Part shown: piece after piece, positions 1-12,926 of the stretch
How positions within the stretch are numbered: the stretch's first letter is position 1
How the letters are laid out: every line of letters starts with the position of its first letter
Assembly (NCBI GenBank): GCA_051294375.1
Contig: CM119264.1
Coordinates: forward strand, 20,933,636-20,997,635
DNA length: 64,000 bases
Direction: 5' to 3'
Source of the DNA: Paraspadella gotoi
Lineage: Eukaryota; Animalia; Chaetognatha
The notes under the pieces: model-generated
Databases searched by the model: none
Told to the model about the DNA's origin: nothing
What the model saw: the letters and a program-made list of their open reading frames with translations, nothing else
Made by a program: the position numbers and the translations under genes

Positions 1-370
1 AAATCTAGTTCTTTATTTTTTAGCAGATATAAAATTATTGCATAAAACATAAATTTCTATTTGAGATCAAAAAATTACTGAGGACAGAATGTGCGTTCCA
101 TATACGGACTTAATGGTCGGATAGCTTAAAAGTTATTAAAATAGAACTGACGGAGAAAACAATTATAATGGCTAATTTAAAATTATTTAACCCCAATTTA
201 ACAGTAACAAAAATAAAATTAATGAGCAAAGCAATTAGAATGCGTTTATCGATGTTCCTCGTAGTGGAGTTGTTGCGCTCATTTCCCGATCTTCATCGTT
301 GTCCAACTTAAACGGCTCCTGCGAACCGCTTCATTCGCTCCATTTAACCAGAGACCCGTTCCTCCGCTCC

Positions 371-1841
371 TTAATATCCGGCCATCTCGTTGAAGGTCTG
401 CTCCAGCTCGACGCAGATTTCCTGGTACTTTTCCTTCCAGTCGTTGAGGTCGGCCAGGAGGAGCTCCAACTCCTGCTGCTGCTTTGCTGCTTCTCGCTCC
501 GCTGCGGCGGCTTGGATCTCGGTGAACTTGAGGTTGAGGGTCAGGTCTCTGCGATGGGTAGGGAAAAAGGTAAGAATCAGGGTGGGCGAGACAGTTAAAC
601 AATTGAAAGGTAAAAAAAATATTTAAGACTGACCTAATCTTTTCCTCGTACTCCTCGTGCCGCTTGAGGGCGTTGGTCTCCGACAACTCGAGCGTCTTCA
701 TGTTCTGTCCGACCACGTTGAGTTGTTCCTCCAACTCTTGGATCTTTGCTTCGGCCTCGGACGCCTTCTCGTTGGTTCTGTCCAACTCGACTTGGGTCAT
801 GGACAGTTTCCTGAAGGAATTGTAGATTATTATCATTCGGGTAATTTAATCTCGAATACGATTATGGCTGTGCCTTTGATAAATTGTGTACGATGTAAAA
901 ATTAACTACTAAACAATAACTTAGTTTTGAAATGATGTTAATTAACCCACTTTACCCCCTAAATCTTCCGCTCCTACCTGGAGGCTTCCTCTGCGTTTCT
1001 CTGGGAGACGAGGGCAACCTCTTGGGCAACGGCGATCTTCCTGTCCAGACTGTCGATGGCCTCGTCGTTAACGAAGCCTTTGGCCTCGAGGATCTTCCTC
1101 TGGACTTCGACTTCCTCGGCTGCTTTGGCGGCCTCGGCCAGTTTGGTCGTCTCGACTGTTTGATGGTTAAGTTACTTGAATGTAGCAAGGTTTTATTGTA
1201 GTATAGAGCTGAAGCTTTGAATTTTAACTGTTGAAGTGTAAACTAACTTACCAGTGAGTCTGCTGTCGGATCTTTGGATGTCGTCGTCGAGCAGAGAGCT
1301 GCGTCGCTGCAGCGCAGAGACCTCGTCCTCATTGACCAGCTGCTGCTTCTCTGCTTCCTCCAAGGAGACGCCGGCGGCGAGAAGTTTTTCTGTGGTGTCG
1401 TCGAGGTCGTTCTCAACCTGACAGCGAAGTTGACACCGTTTTTACTTGTTGTCTTGGCCTTCATGAGATTATCCGTTCATCCTAATATTGTTACACCACT
1501 CGACTTTAAATATTTCCTTGTTTAAAAGTATCCTACCTTCATGATTTTTTTGCCCAGCTGCAAGATTTCGTCATCGCGAGATTTGAGAATTTTGTTCAAC
1601 TCGACGACTCGATTCTAAAGGTTTAAAAAATCGTTTGTTTCATTATTTAATTAATACTTTTCGACATCTTAGAAAACTTTATTTATTTTTCAACGCCATA
1701 TCACATATATTTCTACATCCAAATAACCTGCAATGCCTTCTCCATGTCCGCCGACGCCTCCTTGGCGTTTTTCAAGCTGAGCATCTTCTTGCGGATGGCC
1801 TCCATGGTGTTGGAAGCGGTTTCCTTGGCCTTCGACGACAT
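371..1841 (-). CDS. TPM: Tropomyosin, long (284-aa) type with optional 12-aa N-terminal extension; exons 1841-1728, 1614-1537, 1417-1252, 1155-978, 810-634, 548-371
   Basis: Six GT-AG exons splice in frame (891 nt). The product reads (MSSKAKETASNT)MEAIRKKM...ASRKLSMTQVELDR...LEEQLNVVGQNMKTLE...ELEQTFNEMAGY*, exactly 284 aa from the second Met, with typical tropomyosin termini. Confidence 0.93.
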
Positions 1842-2575
1842 TTTGGACGGTGGGGTGGGTCGGGCGACTGGAGGAAGGGGCTGACGACTCGATTGGGGTT
1901 GAGATCTATGAAGAAGGAACTGAAATTAGTATTTCAAGAAAATTTTTCATTTAATTAATTAAATGAAAAATTGTAAAGATTCTTGTAAATTATATAAAAA
2001 TGAAATACATCAAGATACTACTATATGATTTAGTTGATTTACTTTGATAGAATAAAGAAGTGAAATTTATAAAAATTTAAAAAGAATTCATCAACAACTT
2101 TATATAAAATTGCGAGTTGATATTTTTTGGACGCACCTTCACGGAGGATCGTTGATGAGATGGACTGAAGGCTCGATCGTTGGGTCGCGAATCTCTGGCC
2201 GTGAAAGAGGAGGAGGAGGAAGAGGAGGATTAAAGAAGACAATTAATGTTGGCGACGATGGTGGAGAAAAGAGTCGAGGGGGGGAAGGGGAAAAGATGAT
2301 TACCCAATTTCAAGGTTCAAATTTCGGGGACAACGATGCATTAGGCAAAGAAAGACCTGAATCGAATCTGTTTTTCATAGAAAATGTACTACCCTGAAAT
2401 TTTTTTGTGAAATATTAAATACTTAATATGGTAATTTTTGCAATGTCGATAGATAGCTAACAATTGGAGTGCATAAAGGAAATGAAACATATTTATTTTG
2501 AGATAAAGAATGAGGAAACTGATTGGACGATATGAAAATGTATACAGCGTTGAAATATTCTATCATGAGCATGAG

Positions 2576-2972
2576 GTTTTTAAAAATTTTTACTCAGAAA
2601 ACGTAAGATTTTTAAAAGCTGTAATTATATTTCTTGTTTAACTTTTTATGCTCTATCAGAATCTATAAAAAAATTTAAGATTTAAAATTTTTTTTATTAC
2701 ATAGTAATATAATAATTTTAATTAGGCTAGTACTTATATTTTAATACTATATTCTATGCATAGATTATAGTATTAAAATATTTTTTGTCAAAAATTCTTT
2801 TTTCTGAGGGTACTGGCCTAATTAAAATTATTATATTACTATGTAATGAAAAAAAAATTTTAAATCTTAAAATTTTTTTATAGATTCTGATAGAGCAAAA
2901 AAAGTTAAACAAGAAATATAATTACAGCTTTTAAAAATTCTTACGTTTTCTCAGTAAAAATTTTTAAAAACC
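2576..2972. repeat. Long AT-rich foldback (arms ~2576-2733 and ~2809-2972), MITE-like; related sequence at ~26570-26920 and ~54940-55340
   Basis: The arms are near-perfect reverse complements (e.g. GCTGTAATTATATTTCTTGTTTAAC / GTTAAACAAGAAATATAATTACAGC). Confidence 0.75.
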
Positions 2973-3142
2973 GATAAAATCATCAAAAGATGATGATGAT
3001 GATGACGATTTTTTACGGTTTTTCTTATTTCTGACCTACTTATCATAAAAATATTTAAAAAAGAATTATACTTTGTGTAAAAAACTTTTTATGAGCTATC
3101 TGAATCTAGTCTTAAAATTTAAAATTTCTCATTGACGTCATT

Positions 3143-3185
3143 GACGCTGAAGAAGGCTTGCATCCAAAGCCGAAACATGTACGTT
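3143..3185 (+). ncRNA. Minimal type I hammerhead ribozyme (Penelope pLTR type)
   Basis: GACG-CTGAAGA-A-GGCTT..AAGCC-GAAA-CAT-GTA|CGTT: stem I, CUGANGA core, stem II, GAAA, palindromic CATG mini stem III and a GUA triplet. Confidence 0.8.
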
Positions 3186-3424
3186 TATATGATTAAATAA
3201 AATTCGTTGTGAAACAAAAATCATTTTGCCCAAATTTTATAAATTATAAATTAAAATTAGTTTCTAAAAAAAAAAAAATTTATTGTTAAAAAATAAACTA
3301 ATGAGCAGACGCAGCCCCTGAAAAAAAAAAAAGAAATAAAAACCCGATGTTGCGATAGCAAAATGATAACATGCACGAATGCGATGCCTAATTTTACGAG
3401 TTCAATCCTATTTCAATTTTTTTT

Positions 3425-4722
3425 AGTCGGATCTGCTTATCAGCAGATCCCGACTCTATAATTCACTTTGTCGGTCCGTCGGTCCGCCCCCTCAATATTG
3501 TCGGGCACTAACTTATATCATGTCAGAACATCGAATTATGATAAATTATGCCAAAAAAATGATGTCCGTCTGTCTGTCCGTCCGTCCGTCCGTCCGTCCG
3601 TCCGTCCGTCCGTCCGTCCGTCCGTCCGTCCGTCCGTCCGTTCGTCCCACCTTAGCAAAAAACACCAATTACTCATGATTGGCTGGATGGATTTGAATAA
3701 AATTTTGTGTGTGGATAGGAAAGTGTGTGATTAAGCTGGATATGAAGTTTCCGATGGAATCGTCAGAGTGGAAATGAGTTTAAATGGAAAAAAAAAAAAA
3801 AAATATTCACTATTTGAACACCAATTGCTCATGAGTGGATGGGCTGATTGACCTGGAATTTTGTATGTGGGGAGGAAAGTGTGTGTTTGAACAGGAAATC
3901 AAGTTTCGATGGAATAGTTTTGAGTGGAAATGAGTTTAAATGGAAAAAAAAAAAAAAAACCTGTTTTACCAATTGATTATGCTTTTTTTTCTTTTCATAT
4001 TAAATGTATATGCAGGATGTATTATTAAATCAAATAATTAATCAGTTAATTAATCAATTAGTCAATTAATTAATCAATAATTAATTAATCAGTCAATCAA
4101 TCCGTCCATCCGTTCCACCTTAGCAAAAAGCTCCAATAACTCGTGATTGGCTGGTTGGATTGGAATGAAATTTTGTGTGTGGGTAGGAAAGTGTGTGATG
4201 AAGCTGGATATAAAGTTTCGACGGAATAGTGTGAGTGGATATGAGTTTAAATGGAAAAAACATAAGTCGCATTTACTAAAATCTTTTTATTTATTTTAAC
4301 CAATAAGTACTCTAATTAATCATAATTGGATGGATAGATTGAGTTCAAATTTTTGTGTGTGGGTAGGAAAATGTGTGACGAAGCTTGATATAAAGTTTCG
4401 GTACGAAATGGAAATGAGTTTAAATGAAAAAAATATGAGTCATATTTATTTGACTCTTTTTACTTATTTTAACCCATAATATATTGAGATAAAATTTTGT
4501 TAGCAGGAAGGAAAGTTTGTGGAGAAGCTAGATATAAAGTTTTGACGGAATTGTGCCAGTGGAAATGATTTTAAATGGAAAAAATATAAGTCACATTTAT
4601 TTTATTTTAAGGACATTGATGATGATAAGCTGTATTTTAATTTATAATTAATTATTAAAATTAATTAATTAATTAATTAATTAATTTTCGTAGGCAGATC
4701 CGACATTGTTTGCTCAAACTTG
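3425..4722 (+). mobile_element. Helentron-associated non-autonomous element (HINE/DINE-1/pearl-like), family A
   Basis: Sits in a T-run with no TSD. 5' subTIR GTCGGATCTGC with adjacent inverted copy, (GTCC)n microsatellite, central ~130-bp tandem repeats, 3' subTIR GCAGATCCGAC and terminal hairpin GTTTGCTCAAAC. Confidence 0.8.
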
Positions 4723-5344
4723 TTTTCTTTTTTGCAGGTAAGCCAAAGGCCGCATGTTCTTTTTTCTTTTTTTCAACTTTGTTGTATTTTTTAAAACAAA
4801 CAAACAAAGATAATAACTATAACAAAAACGGAGAGAACCACAAAAACAGTCATGAATTCTTTTTACTATTATTCTTAAAAGCATCTGACGAATCCTTGCT
4901 ATTAAAGTATTTTGATATGATTCAATTAAACAGTACCAAAATGGTTATGAGAAAAACAAAAAAACTGATTGAACTGTATCTCTCTCTGTCTCAATAGCTT
5001 TTTGTCATTGCTTCACTGTCTTCCTATCTTTCAAGATTAAGTTACAAGAAACCTTCATTGCAATAGTATTTTCATGTGCTTTTTAGTACTTTATATTATT
5101 TTTTTTATCCTATCTGCTGATCAAACTTTATATACTAGCTTTTAAATTCGATTTTATTATATTTATTTAAATTTATATATAAGATTAATAAGTTTTTATT
5201 AAATTAAAATATTACTGTGAAACGTTAATCTCATTTGCATATTGGAGTAACCCGATTTTTATTAAAAAAAAAATCGTTCTATCTCAAATCTCTTATTTTA
5301 GTACCAAGGTAATATTCCCAAGGTTTTGTAAAGATATTCCAACC

Positions 5345-5689
5345 CGTCCCATAGGAAATTTGCCAGACTATCAGTGACAAGGGAAAAGAGAGAGGGAGAG
5401 AGACATGTAATTAAAAAAGAAAAGAGAGAGAGAAAGAAATATGAAAATAAAAGAGAGAAAATTTGTTTGTTTTGATAAAACGTAAACAAAACATATTTAA
5501 TAACTGTCCAGACTCAATTTTAAGCACATCGATGATGAGAAGCTGTATATAAATTTTCAGCTTCATACACCCAAATTTAATCATAAAAAAGGTGATCTAT
5601 AATTTGGAACGCCGACGACAACGACGACGACGCCACTTATGGGCAAAAGCGTTACACTATCGTCGCAAACGCTAAGCGATTGCGACGAT
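5345..5689 (-). mobile_element. HINE-like family B, 5' part (a middle fragment lies at ~3345-3415)
   Basis: Reverse-complement match to 55862-56160, including the ATCGTCGCAATCGC terminus. Confidence 0.6.
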
Positions 5690-6763
5690 AAAAATGTATA
5701 AATTTTCGTTTGAGCATGTATTCACTCTAAATTTTTGACTCACCCCATTGAGTGCGGCTACCCCGAGTTATGGAGGATCATAATTAAAGATTTTACCGGC
5801 TAATGCAAATTTGGGGGATGAAGACCGGGAAGAGGAGAATGATTTGGGGAGGAAGTTGAAAAGAGGTAAAAGCGCTCGAGGTTGAAGACCGGCTCGAAAG
5901 GTCGCAGATGTCGGTGACGAGGTGTTTGGTGGGGGATGAGGAATCAGATAAACGTGGATGTGGGATGAGGGAGATGGAGATCACGAGACGAGGGAGCCAA
6001 CAGATCAAGAGTACAGAAAAGAAATAAATTGAATGGCTAGGTACCTCGAATATGTAAATTCAGATGTGAGATAATTCAACTGTATCCAGGAAAACCATTT
6101 TATTTTTAGGGATAACAGATATTTACTTAAGTTTAAAAAATCAGCAAAGTCTGAGTTACTAGTAATTGCTCCAACATCCCTTTGCCGACCCGAGACATTA
6201 ACATATTCTTTTCCCCAAACATATAAATTTTCCTTGTCTCCGGTAAAATTTTCGAACTTTAGTAATCGATCTTGATCATTGTCCTTTTCATCGTCTCTCT
6301 GGTCGTCGTCGTCCGGTTTACTGAATAAAATTCCCGGTCGATCGCTGGGATGATAAAACTACATGATAAATGGATCGATCCCTGGTTAAATATTTAATAA
6401 ATTATATGGGTTATATACGATATTAAATAATAAAATGAGTCAAGTTATTTTCAATGTTTTTTGTCTAATTTATAAAATAGTGTTGACATGGTAAATTAAT
6501 AAATCTCTTAAGATTCAGTCTCAACTCTTAAAAACCTTTAAAAGAGGTTCTTTTTAATCGTCAAACTCATTCTACTTTTACTGTTCATCCCTCTCGCCGT
6601 CCCTTATCGAAAACCACACTCATTTCTCGAACGCATCTAGTCCGAGCCACAATTTGTCAGAGGAGAGATTTTGAAAACGACTTTTTTAATCACGATTTGT
6701 GTCGACGAAAGCCCAATTTTCAGATTTAAGAGGGGGGAAGCCGGGGAAGGAGATTGGGGGAGC

Positions 6764-6891
<128 letters not shown>

Positions 6892-8055
6892 ACGGATGAA
6901 CGGGGGGATCACGTTAGGGAGAAGGAAGGGAAAATTTTAAAGGGAAGAGTTGAACAGAAATGCGTTTTTTCGTTGGTGGACGGGTCATATATTGTTATTT
7001 AAAAAATATAGGCATTTATTTTGGCATATTATTTTAAACCAATCTATTAAAAAATATGTTGAATTATATGTAAATATCTAGTACCTGCGAAATGAAAGAT
7101 TATGTAAATTTTCAAGATTGTTCTTTAACACTTTTCCGTAAAATTACAGTGGAAATAAACCGGAACCTTAAAAAAAAGCTTAATTAACTTAGAGTTACTA
7201 CTGAGGTAATTTGTCGGTCATCAGTGTAATTAAAATTCAAAAAAAATATTGTTATTGGCGATGGGTTATGACTGCCCTCCGCGTTACTGTCAATTCGGTT
7301 ACGTCCTTTCACTCTTCGGTTTTCGTTTTGAGTCAAAATGAGTCAAATTTGAGCCGAAATTTGCGTCAATCTTTTGTTTCGAGTAAATCGTTAATACGAG
7401 GCCGTTGTCCTCATTAAGTCTCCGTTCAGGTGAAAGAGGGTAAAAAGAAAAAAAATCGGAGCGTTGTTTGTTAAGACGCTAGTTTAATAGTAATATAGTT
7501 CGCGTAATAGTATTTGTATTCATAATTGTGGCTGATCCTAAATATTAAAAAGTATTTTCTAAAGAGCAACCTAAAGCCCAGAATTCCGACAAAGCAAAAA
7601 ATTTTCGTAAGTCAGTTAACATTATCTGAAGTATTAACAATAACAGCGACATGGACAAGGATAATTTCGAGTTTTCTGTTTCGTTCAAGCGATATATTTT
7701 TTAATGGGGGCCCATTTTTATGATGCATTTTCTCTCAACTGAGCGATAGCTACGTAGAGCCTATAAATTTAGGCCCTGAAGTGTGGTCGAAATGTTTTTC
7801 CCAAATTATATAAAAGTAAACAAACTTTAACCCATATCTATCTCGCTTTTAAATTTTCAATAGAGAAAAATGCGTTTAATTTTTAAAAATATAATAAATA
7901 TTTTGTTCTAAAATATCAACATCTTTATTTTGAAATCCATCCCCAATCCGTTCTCCCTTCCTCCCCCTACCTCCACCGTTTCCTACTTCCTCCCTCCTTC
8001 ACCCCCTCCCTCCCCGTCCGAAGGCCCCAAGCTCGTGAGCGACATCTGCGAGGCC

Positions 8056-9781
8056 ATGTGTTCCTGCCCAAACGTCATCGACGGGGTGGAGAGATTCTCG
8101 GGGATTTTCCAAAAGTTCGTTAGTTTCGATCAACTGCGTCAAACGGACGAACACTTCGTGACCTTCATTGCGCTGGCCGCATGCGTCTTCACCTTGCAGT
8201 TGCTCTTCATCACTTCCTTCAGCAGATTCATTTCCATCATTGGACAGGCGTTGAAGGTTGTCTTGTTGTCTTTTCTTTATGATTATTTCCCTAGAGCTTT
8301 CCATCATTCTATATTTCCCTAGTTTCTCCTCTCACCTCTACATCTTTTATTGACTTCAGAATTCTGCTCCTGTGATCCTTCTTTACCTCTTCGTCTTCCT
8401 CGTCGTCTTTCTCTCCTTCGGCGGCCTCTTCCACGTTCAGTATGGCCAATTCCTTCCTGGGTTCAGGGATTTGCCAACGACATTTAAGACCTGCACGCTG
8501 GTCACTTTCGGATTTTTGGTGAGAAAACTTCTATCAATTTAAACGCTCAACTAGGTTTGGAGAGAATATTTTTTCTCGTTTATTTCTCAACAGAATTACG
8601 GTGACGTGGTCGAAGGTCCCCTTCAACGCCAACCGGGTCCTCAGCTCATCTTTTCCGTCTTTATAGTGATCAATCTTTTCGTAGTTTTCAATCTTTTCGT
8701 CTCCGTAGTGACAGAGGCTTTGCAGTACATTCGAGATCATCCGGAACGACAAACGCACGATCGAGTACTGGCAGAGTACTTGACTCGAATGGTCTCAGGA
8801 TGGTTCAGGTTCGAAAAAAAAGGAGAAAACGAAAACATGTAAATATCTTTAAAATTTTGTTAGACTATAATTTTAATAATTATCATTGTGGCCGTTGAAA
8901 GCAAAATAAACGATCGATGCTAATCTCAAGGTGTCGAGTTTATTTCTGCCAACCGTCAAAAAATTAAAAAAAGAGAACAAAAAAGTTTGATGATTTTATT
9001 GTTTTTCCCAAACGGTTTTATGGGCGCTCTCGACTAAAGATCGTCAACAAATCTCCGAACGAGTTTATAAATTAAAAACTTTTTTTCACTATTTCGAGAG
9101 AAAACATAATAAAAATATCAAAAAGGTTATAAACATTAAAAAATCAGTCAATCTTACGAAACTGTTCGGAAAGATAAGGTTATTTCTGTGATGTAAGTTT
9201 TCTAATGACTCTATAAACTTTGAAATTTAGAGTTAGGATCATTGTTACCTTTGGCATCTTTATCATTTTCTCTTGTATGAATTTTTATATCTCCAATATC
9301 TCTCTCTCATTTCTACAGTAAAGGTGGAGGAAACTCCATCTCTCCATCCGGGGACAAGGATAGCGACAGTGACAGCGACAGCGATAGCGACAATGACAAC
9401 GACAGCGTCAAAGAACGAGATACTGAACTCGGCGACGAAGACGATCTTGAGGACGAGAGCGTCCCATCGAGTCCGGCGCCCTCTAATGGCAGACTCACCA
9501 GTGGATACAATTCTGGTGAGAATTCTCTTCAAGTTTCTTTTCTTTTTTTTTTCCTTTCTTTTTTTTCTTTCTTTCTTTCTTTCATTGCTTACTGTGTCAC
9601 CGTGTATCACTTCTATCCAGGGCGCGACACCCCAGCCAGCAGCCGTTCCCCCCTCCCTGTAGCTATCACCCCCGCCCCGTCGGTGGACTTTACCCGTGTG
9701 GAGACTCTCTGCGATGAAGTGGAGAAGGAGATTTCGACGCTGATTCCCATTTCGACTTTGGCACTTAAGGTCTGGATTTAA
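8056..9781 (+). CDS. Polycystin (PKD/TRPP-like) S4-S5-pore-S6 region plus acidic linker and coiled coil; exons 8024/8056-8256, 8360-8518, 8594-8808, 9319-9515, 9621-9769 (or read-through to stop 9781)
   Basis: In-frame splicing gives FVSFDQL..FIALAACVFTLQLLFITSFSRFISIIGQALKNSAPVILLYLFVFLVVFLSFGGLFHVQYGQFLPGFRDL..GPQLIFSVFIVINLFVVFNLFVSVVTEA, which by eye matches the polycystin channel C-terminal half. Confidence 0.72.
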
Positions 9782-10889
9782 CCTACTATTTACAGGGAAG
9801 GGATTCAAAACTTAGAAAATCCGTATCACTTCTTTTTTTTTTACTTTATGACGTATTGTGTGCATTAAAATAAAAAAATTGAATTGAAGATGCTTAACCA
9901 GACCTTGTTCTAACTATTATTGCAATGCGATAAGTACTGTTGCAAAAACGACACCTGCCACAGCACCCAAAAGAATCACAGCTGCTCTTCATAAACGCTT
10001 TTGAAAGATTGAGCCATAGCTCAGAAACGGTTTAAAAGTAATATGGGTGCCCCAATTTCAAACGCCCTACTTAGCAAAGTTAAAAAGAATTTGATATGGA
10101 TAATATCAAGACGGAAAATCCTTCAGTCAAAAATTAAAATGTTGCTGCATCTGAAAACAATAAAGCCCTTTGTTACAGCCATACATATTAAACCCAAGGG
10201 TATTGCATCTTTATAAATGTCAAGAAATGGAATCTCAGTACTCTATAGTAGACTGCAGCAATGGTTTTTAACCCAGTAGCAAAAATACATTTTATTATTA
10301 TTTATTTCTAATAACCTTCTTAATTATATAACATACTACTAGAGAATGTTAACCTATTTTAGTAGTGGTTTTAAGCTCAAATCCGGCGCGGAGCAAATTC
10401 AATCAACGTTGCATTCTTCTCGGTACTGTTCGAGTATGAAAAAAATAAAAGCTTTATCAGAGAGAGAAAGCATCAGTGATTATTTTGATGTATTATAAAA
10501 TAAAATTCAATAATTTTTTGCCATTGAAATCTAATGGTAAAGTTTTGATTCACTACCCTGTACAATAGAGTGGAGCACTGGGGAACATAAATTTTATTTG
10601 AGTGATCAAACAAGGATATTTAGACGTAAGATAGTATGATTAAGGAGTACAAAAAATATTTTGCTTATATTGTTTGGGGAACAGTATCATTAATTACAAT
10701 ATATTTATAGTAATATTCTTTTAAAATCATAAATTTTCAAAATAATTTTTTTTTAAATTTTTATTAAAGATTCTGATTCTTCACAAAAAGTTAGATCAAA
10801 AATATAAAATATGTTATTAAAAATTTCAATGTCTTGAGCCTCAAAAATGGAAAAAAGAGGTCAAATTCTTGACTTTTTTACACTTTGTA

Positions 10890-11924
10890 TAGGGTAGTCT
10901 GGTGATTTTTTTATTTTTATTAAGAAAAATTTTTTTCACGTGCTGTCATGTAGCAGACATCGTTAGCTTTTGTATGATACCTCACATGATGCATTAAAAT
11001 TATTTTATGATAGCATTATGACATAAAATAAAAAAAATTGTGATAATTTTTTTCTGCCAGGCCTCGTAGACACAGCTAAAACTTAAAATTTTAAAATCTG
11101 ATAATACAGTCTTTTAGCCCTATGTCAGTAGTTTTTAAATCAGGGGAACAAAGTTTAAACTCCTAAATTATCATATTTAAATCATATGTTTTTTAAGGTT
11201 CCTACATGAATTTTTTTAATTTTTTTGTTTTTAAAAAAATGATAATCATTATCCTTAGTAATTATATAAACATTTGAGGAATAGAAAATTTTTGTTTATA
11301 TCAGAAACATAATTCAATATTTACTCTTTCAGAATCTATATTTATTTATTTTTTTAAATTTCAAAAGTTGTTATACTTTTCACTAAGATTCCGATCAAGA
11401 TTTTAAAAAAATCCTTTGAAACATTTTAAAAAAATTATATGGAAAAGATGCCCCATAATTATGGCTTTAATATGATACCAGTCTCATCGTTCTATCATTT
11501 TTGGTTCAAAAGATATCAAAGAAAATCATTTTTTTTATTACCAATTGATTTGGCCGAAGCTAAAAGTTTAGGTGGAACCAAACCAAACAACTTGCTTTAA
11601 AGGCATATCGCGTCTATGCGCGTCTCCATAGGTCAATTTTAAAAACAGATTTGGAATCCTCAAACGCATATTTACTAGTAACTTGACGACATCAAGTGAC
11701 AGAATGGTTCTATTATTATATCAAAATTAAAAATTAATTCTAATATATTTAGTTAATATCTATCGATTTCAATGAAAAAAAGGCACTAGGTATAATGCAT
11801 GTGATTGAACAATGTTTTCGCAATAATAATTTTATCAATTTTATGTATTTTTATTCAGTGAGTAAAATAACAACTTTTTTATTCGCTAATTTTTATCTTG
11901 GACGCTTAACGCCAGACTTCCCTA
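10890..11924. mobile_element. Nested TIR MITE
   Basis: Ends TAGGGTAGTCTGG / CCAGACTTCCCTA flanked by duplicated CTTTGTA. Confidence 0.65.
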
Positions 11925-11996
11925 CTTTGTAGTAGAAACTATTATATGATGAAACTTTTTAATCATTTTTCGCAGCTTTAACCTAAAAATATCATG

Positions 11997-12555
11997 TATG
12001 GTGGACTAAAATCCACCAACCGTTCATCAGCGGCCATTGGTGCCGGAGGCAAGTCATTCGCCTCCCAACCCAAAGGTCCGGGGTTCTAGCCCGGTGGCTG
12101 CCTAGCATTTAAGAGGGACGGGGCGCTTAACCCGCCTGTAACATGGTGTTACAGCCTGATCCGAAGCTCAGGGACTGCTTATATTGAATGGTTCTGTCAT
12201 TAACACATATCAATAATTACTGTCTCTTCATTGGTGAGCCCGACTTCCGAACACAACAGCAACAACAACCCTTTCAGGCGACATGCCTCAACCTGGCGAT
12301 GCACTTTCCGCCCACAATATATCAGGCGATAGGCCTCAACTTGATGACGAACTTTCCACCAACAACAACAATTCACTGAAGAGACGCAACAGACTTCTCC
12401 CTACGGGAGGGGGGATGTATGGTGGACTAAAATCTACCAACCGTTCATCAGCGGCCATTGGTGCCGGAGGCAAGTCATTCGCCTCCCAACCCAAAGGTCC
12501 GGGGTTCTAGCCCGGTGGCTGCCTAGCAGTTAAGAGGGACGGGGCGCTTAACCCG
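11997..12555 (+). mobile_element. Miniature LTR element (TRIM/retrozyme-like), family A; 5' LTR 11997-12230, 3' LTR 12418-12555 (truncated)
   Basis: Direct repeats; PBS TGGTGAGCCCGAC at 12232; PPT GGGAGGGGGGA at 12405-12415; twister-like motif at 12105-12178; homologous to 27837-28485. Confidence 0.85.
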
Positions 12556-12926
12556 GTGAATCCAAAACTGTTTTTAAAATTAAGAAAATATGATTTTATA
12601 AGGATATTACTATAAAGAAAATTCAATTAATGATAATGTTATGCATTTTTTTTGAAAAAGAGTTTAATTATTTTTTATTACATATACAAAGGCTGCAAAA
12701 AAATATTGTTTCATCGCTCAATCTTTTCATTACTCCACCCTACTGTACAATGTACAATGTACATGTACATAGACAATTAGTATTTTCGTAATTTGGTTTT
12801 ATAAAGGAGTAACGGTGTATATTACAATATTCAGTATGCTATATACTTTATTACAAAAATAGGTTCACTATTCTTTTCTAGATAATTCATGTATGTTACC
12901 TTGTAACACGAGAAATCTCTTCCCAG

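Larger units (their letters stand above)
10566..12742. mobile_element. Non-autonomous hAT element hosting nested insertions
   Basis: TIRs TAGAGTGGAGCACTG / CATTACTCCACCCTA; 8-bp TSD CTGTACAA at 10558-10565 and 12743-12750. Confidence 0.8.

Noticed and set aside
279-836. 185-aa ORF as a single protein
   Set aside because: It reads through an intron and then out of frame; only 634-810 is the true tropomyosin frame.
6350-6385. LHDKWIDP as an upstream polycystin TOP-domain exon
   Set aside because: In-frame stop just upstream and no usable acceptor; chance resemblance.
9950-10280. Tc1-like transposase remnant
   Set aside because: Too degraded; no TIR pair or catalytic motif confirmed.
11997-12555. 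Tandem tRNA-derived SINE dimer
   Set aside because: No poly(A) or simple-repeat tail and no long TSD. The spacer has a PBS and PPT exactly abutting the repeats and the copies have 4-bp TSDs, so an LTR interpretation fits better.
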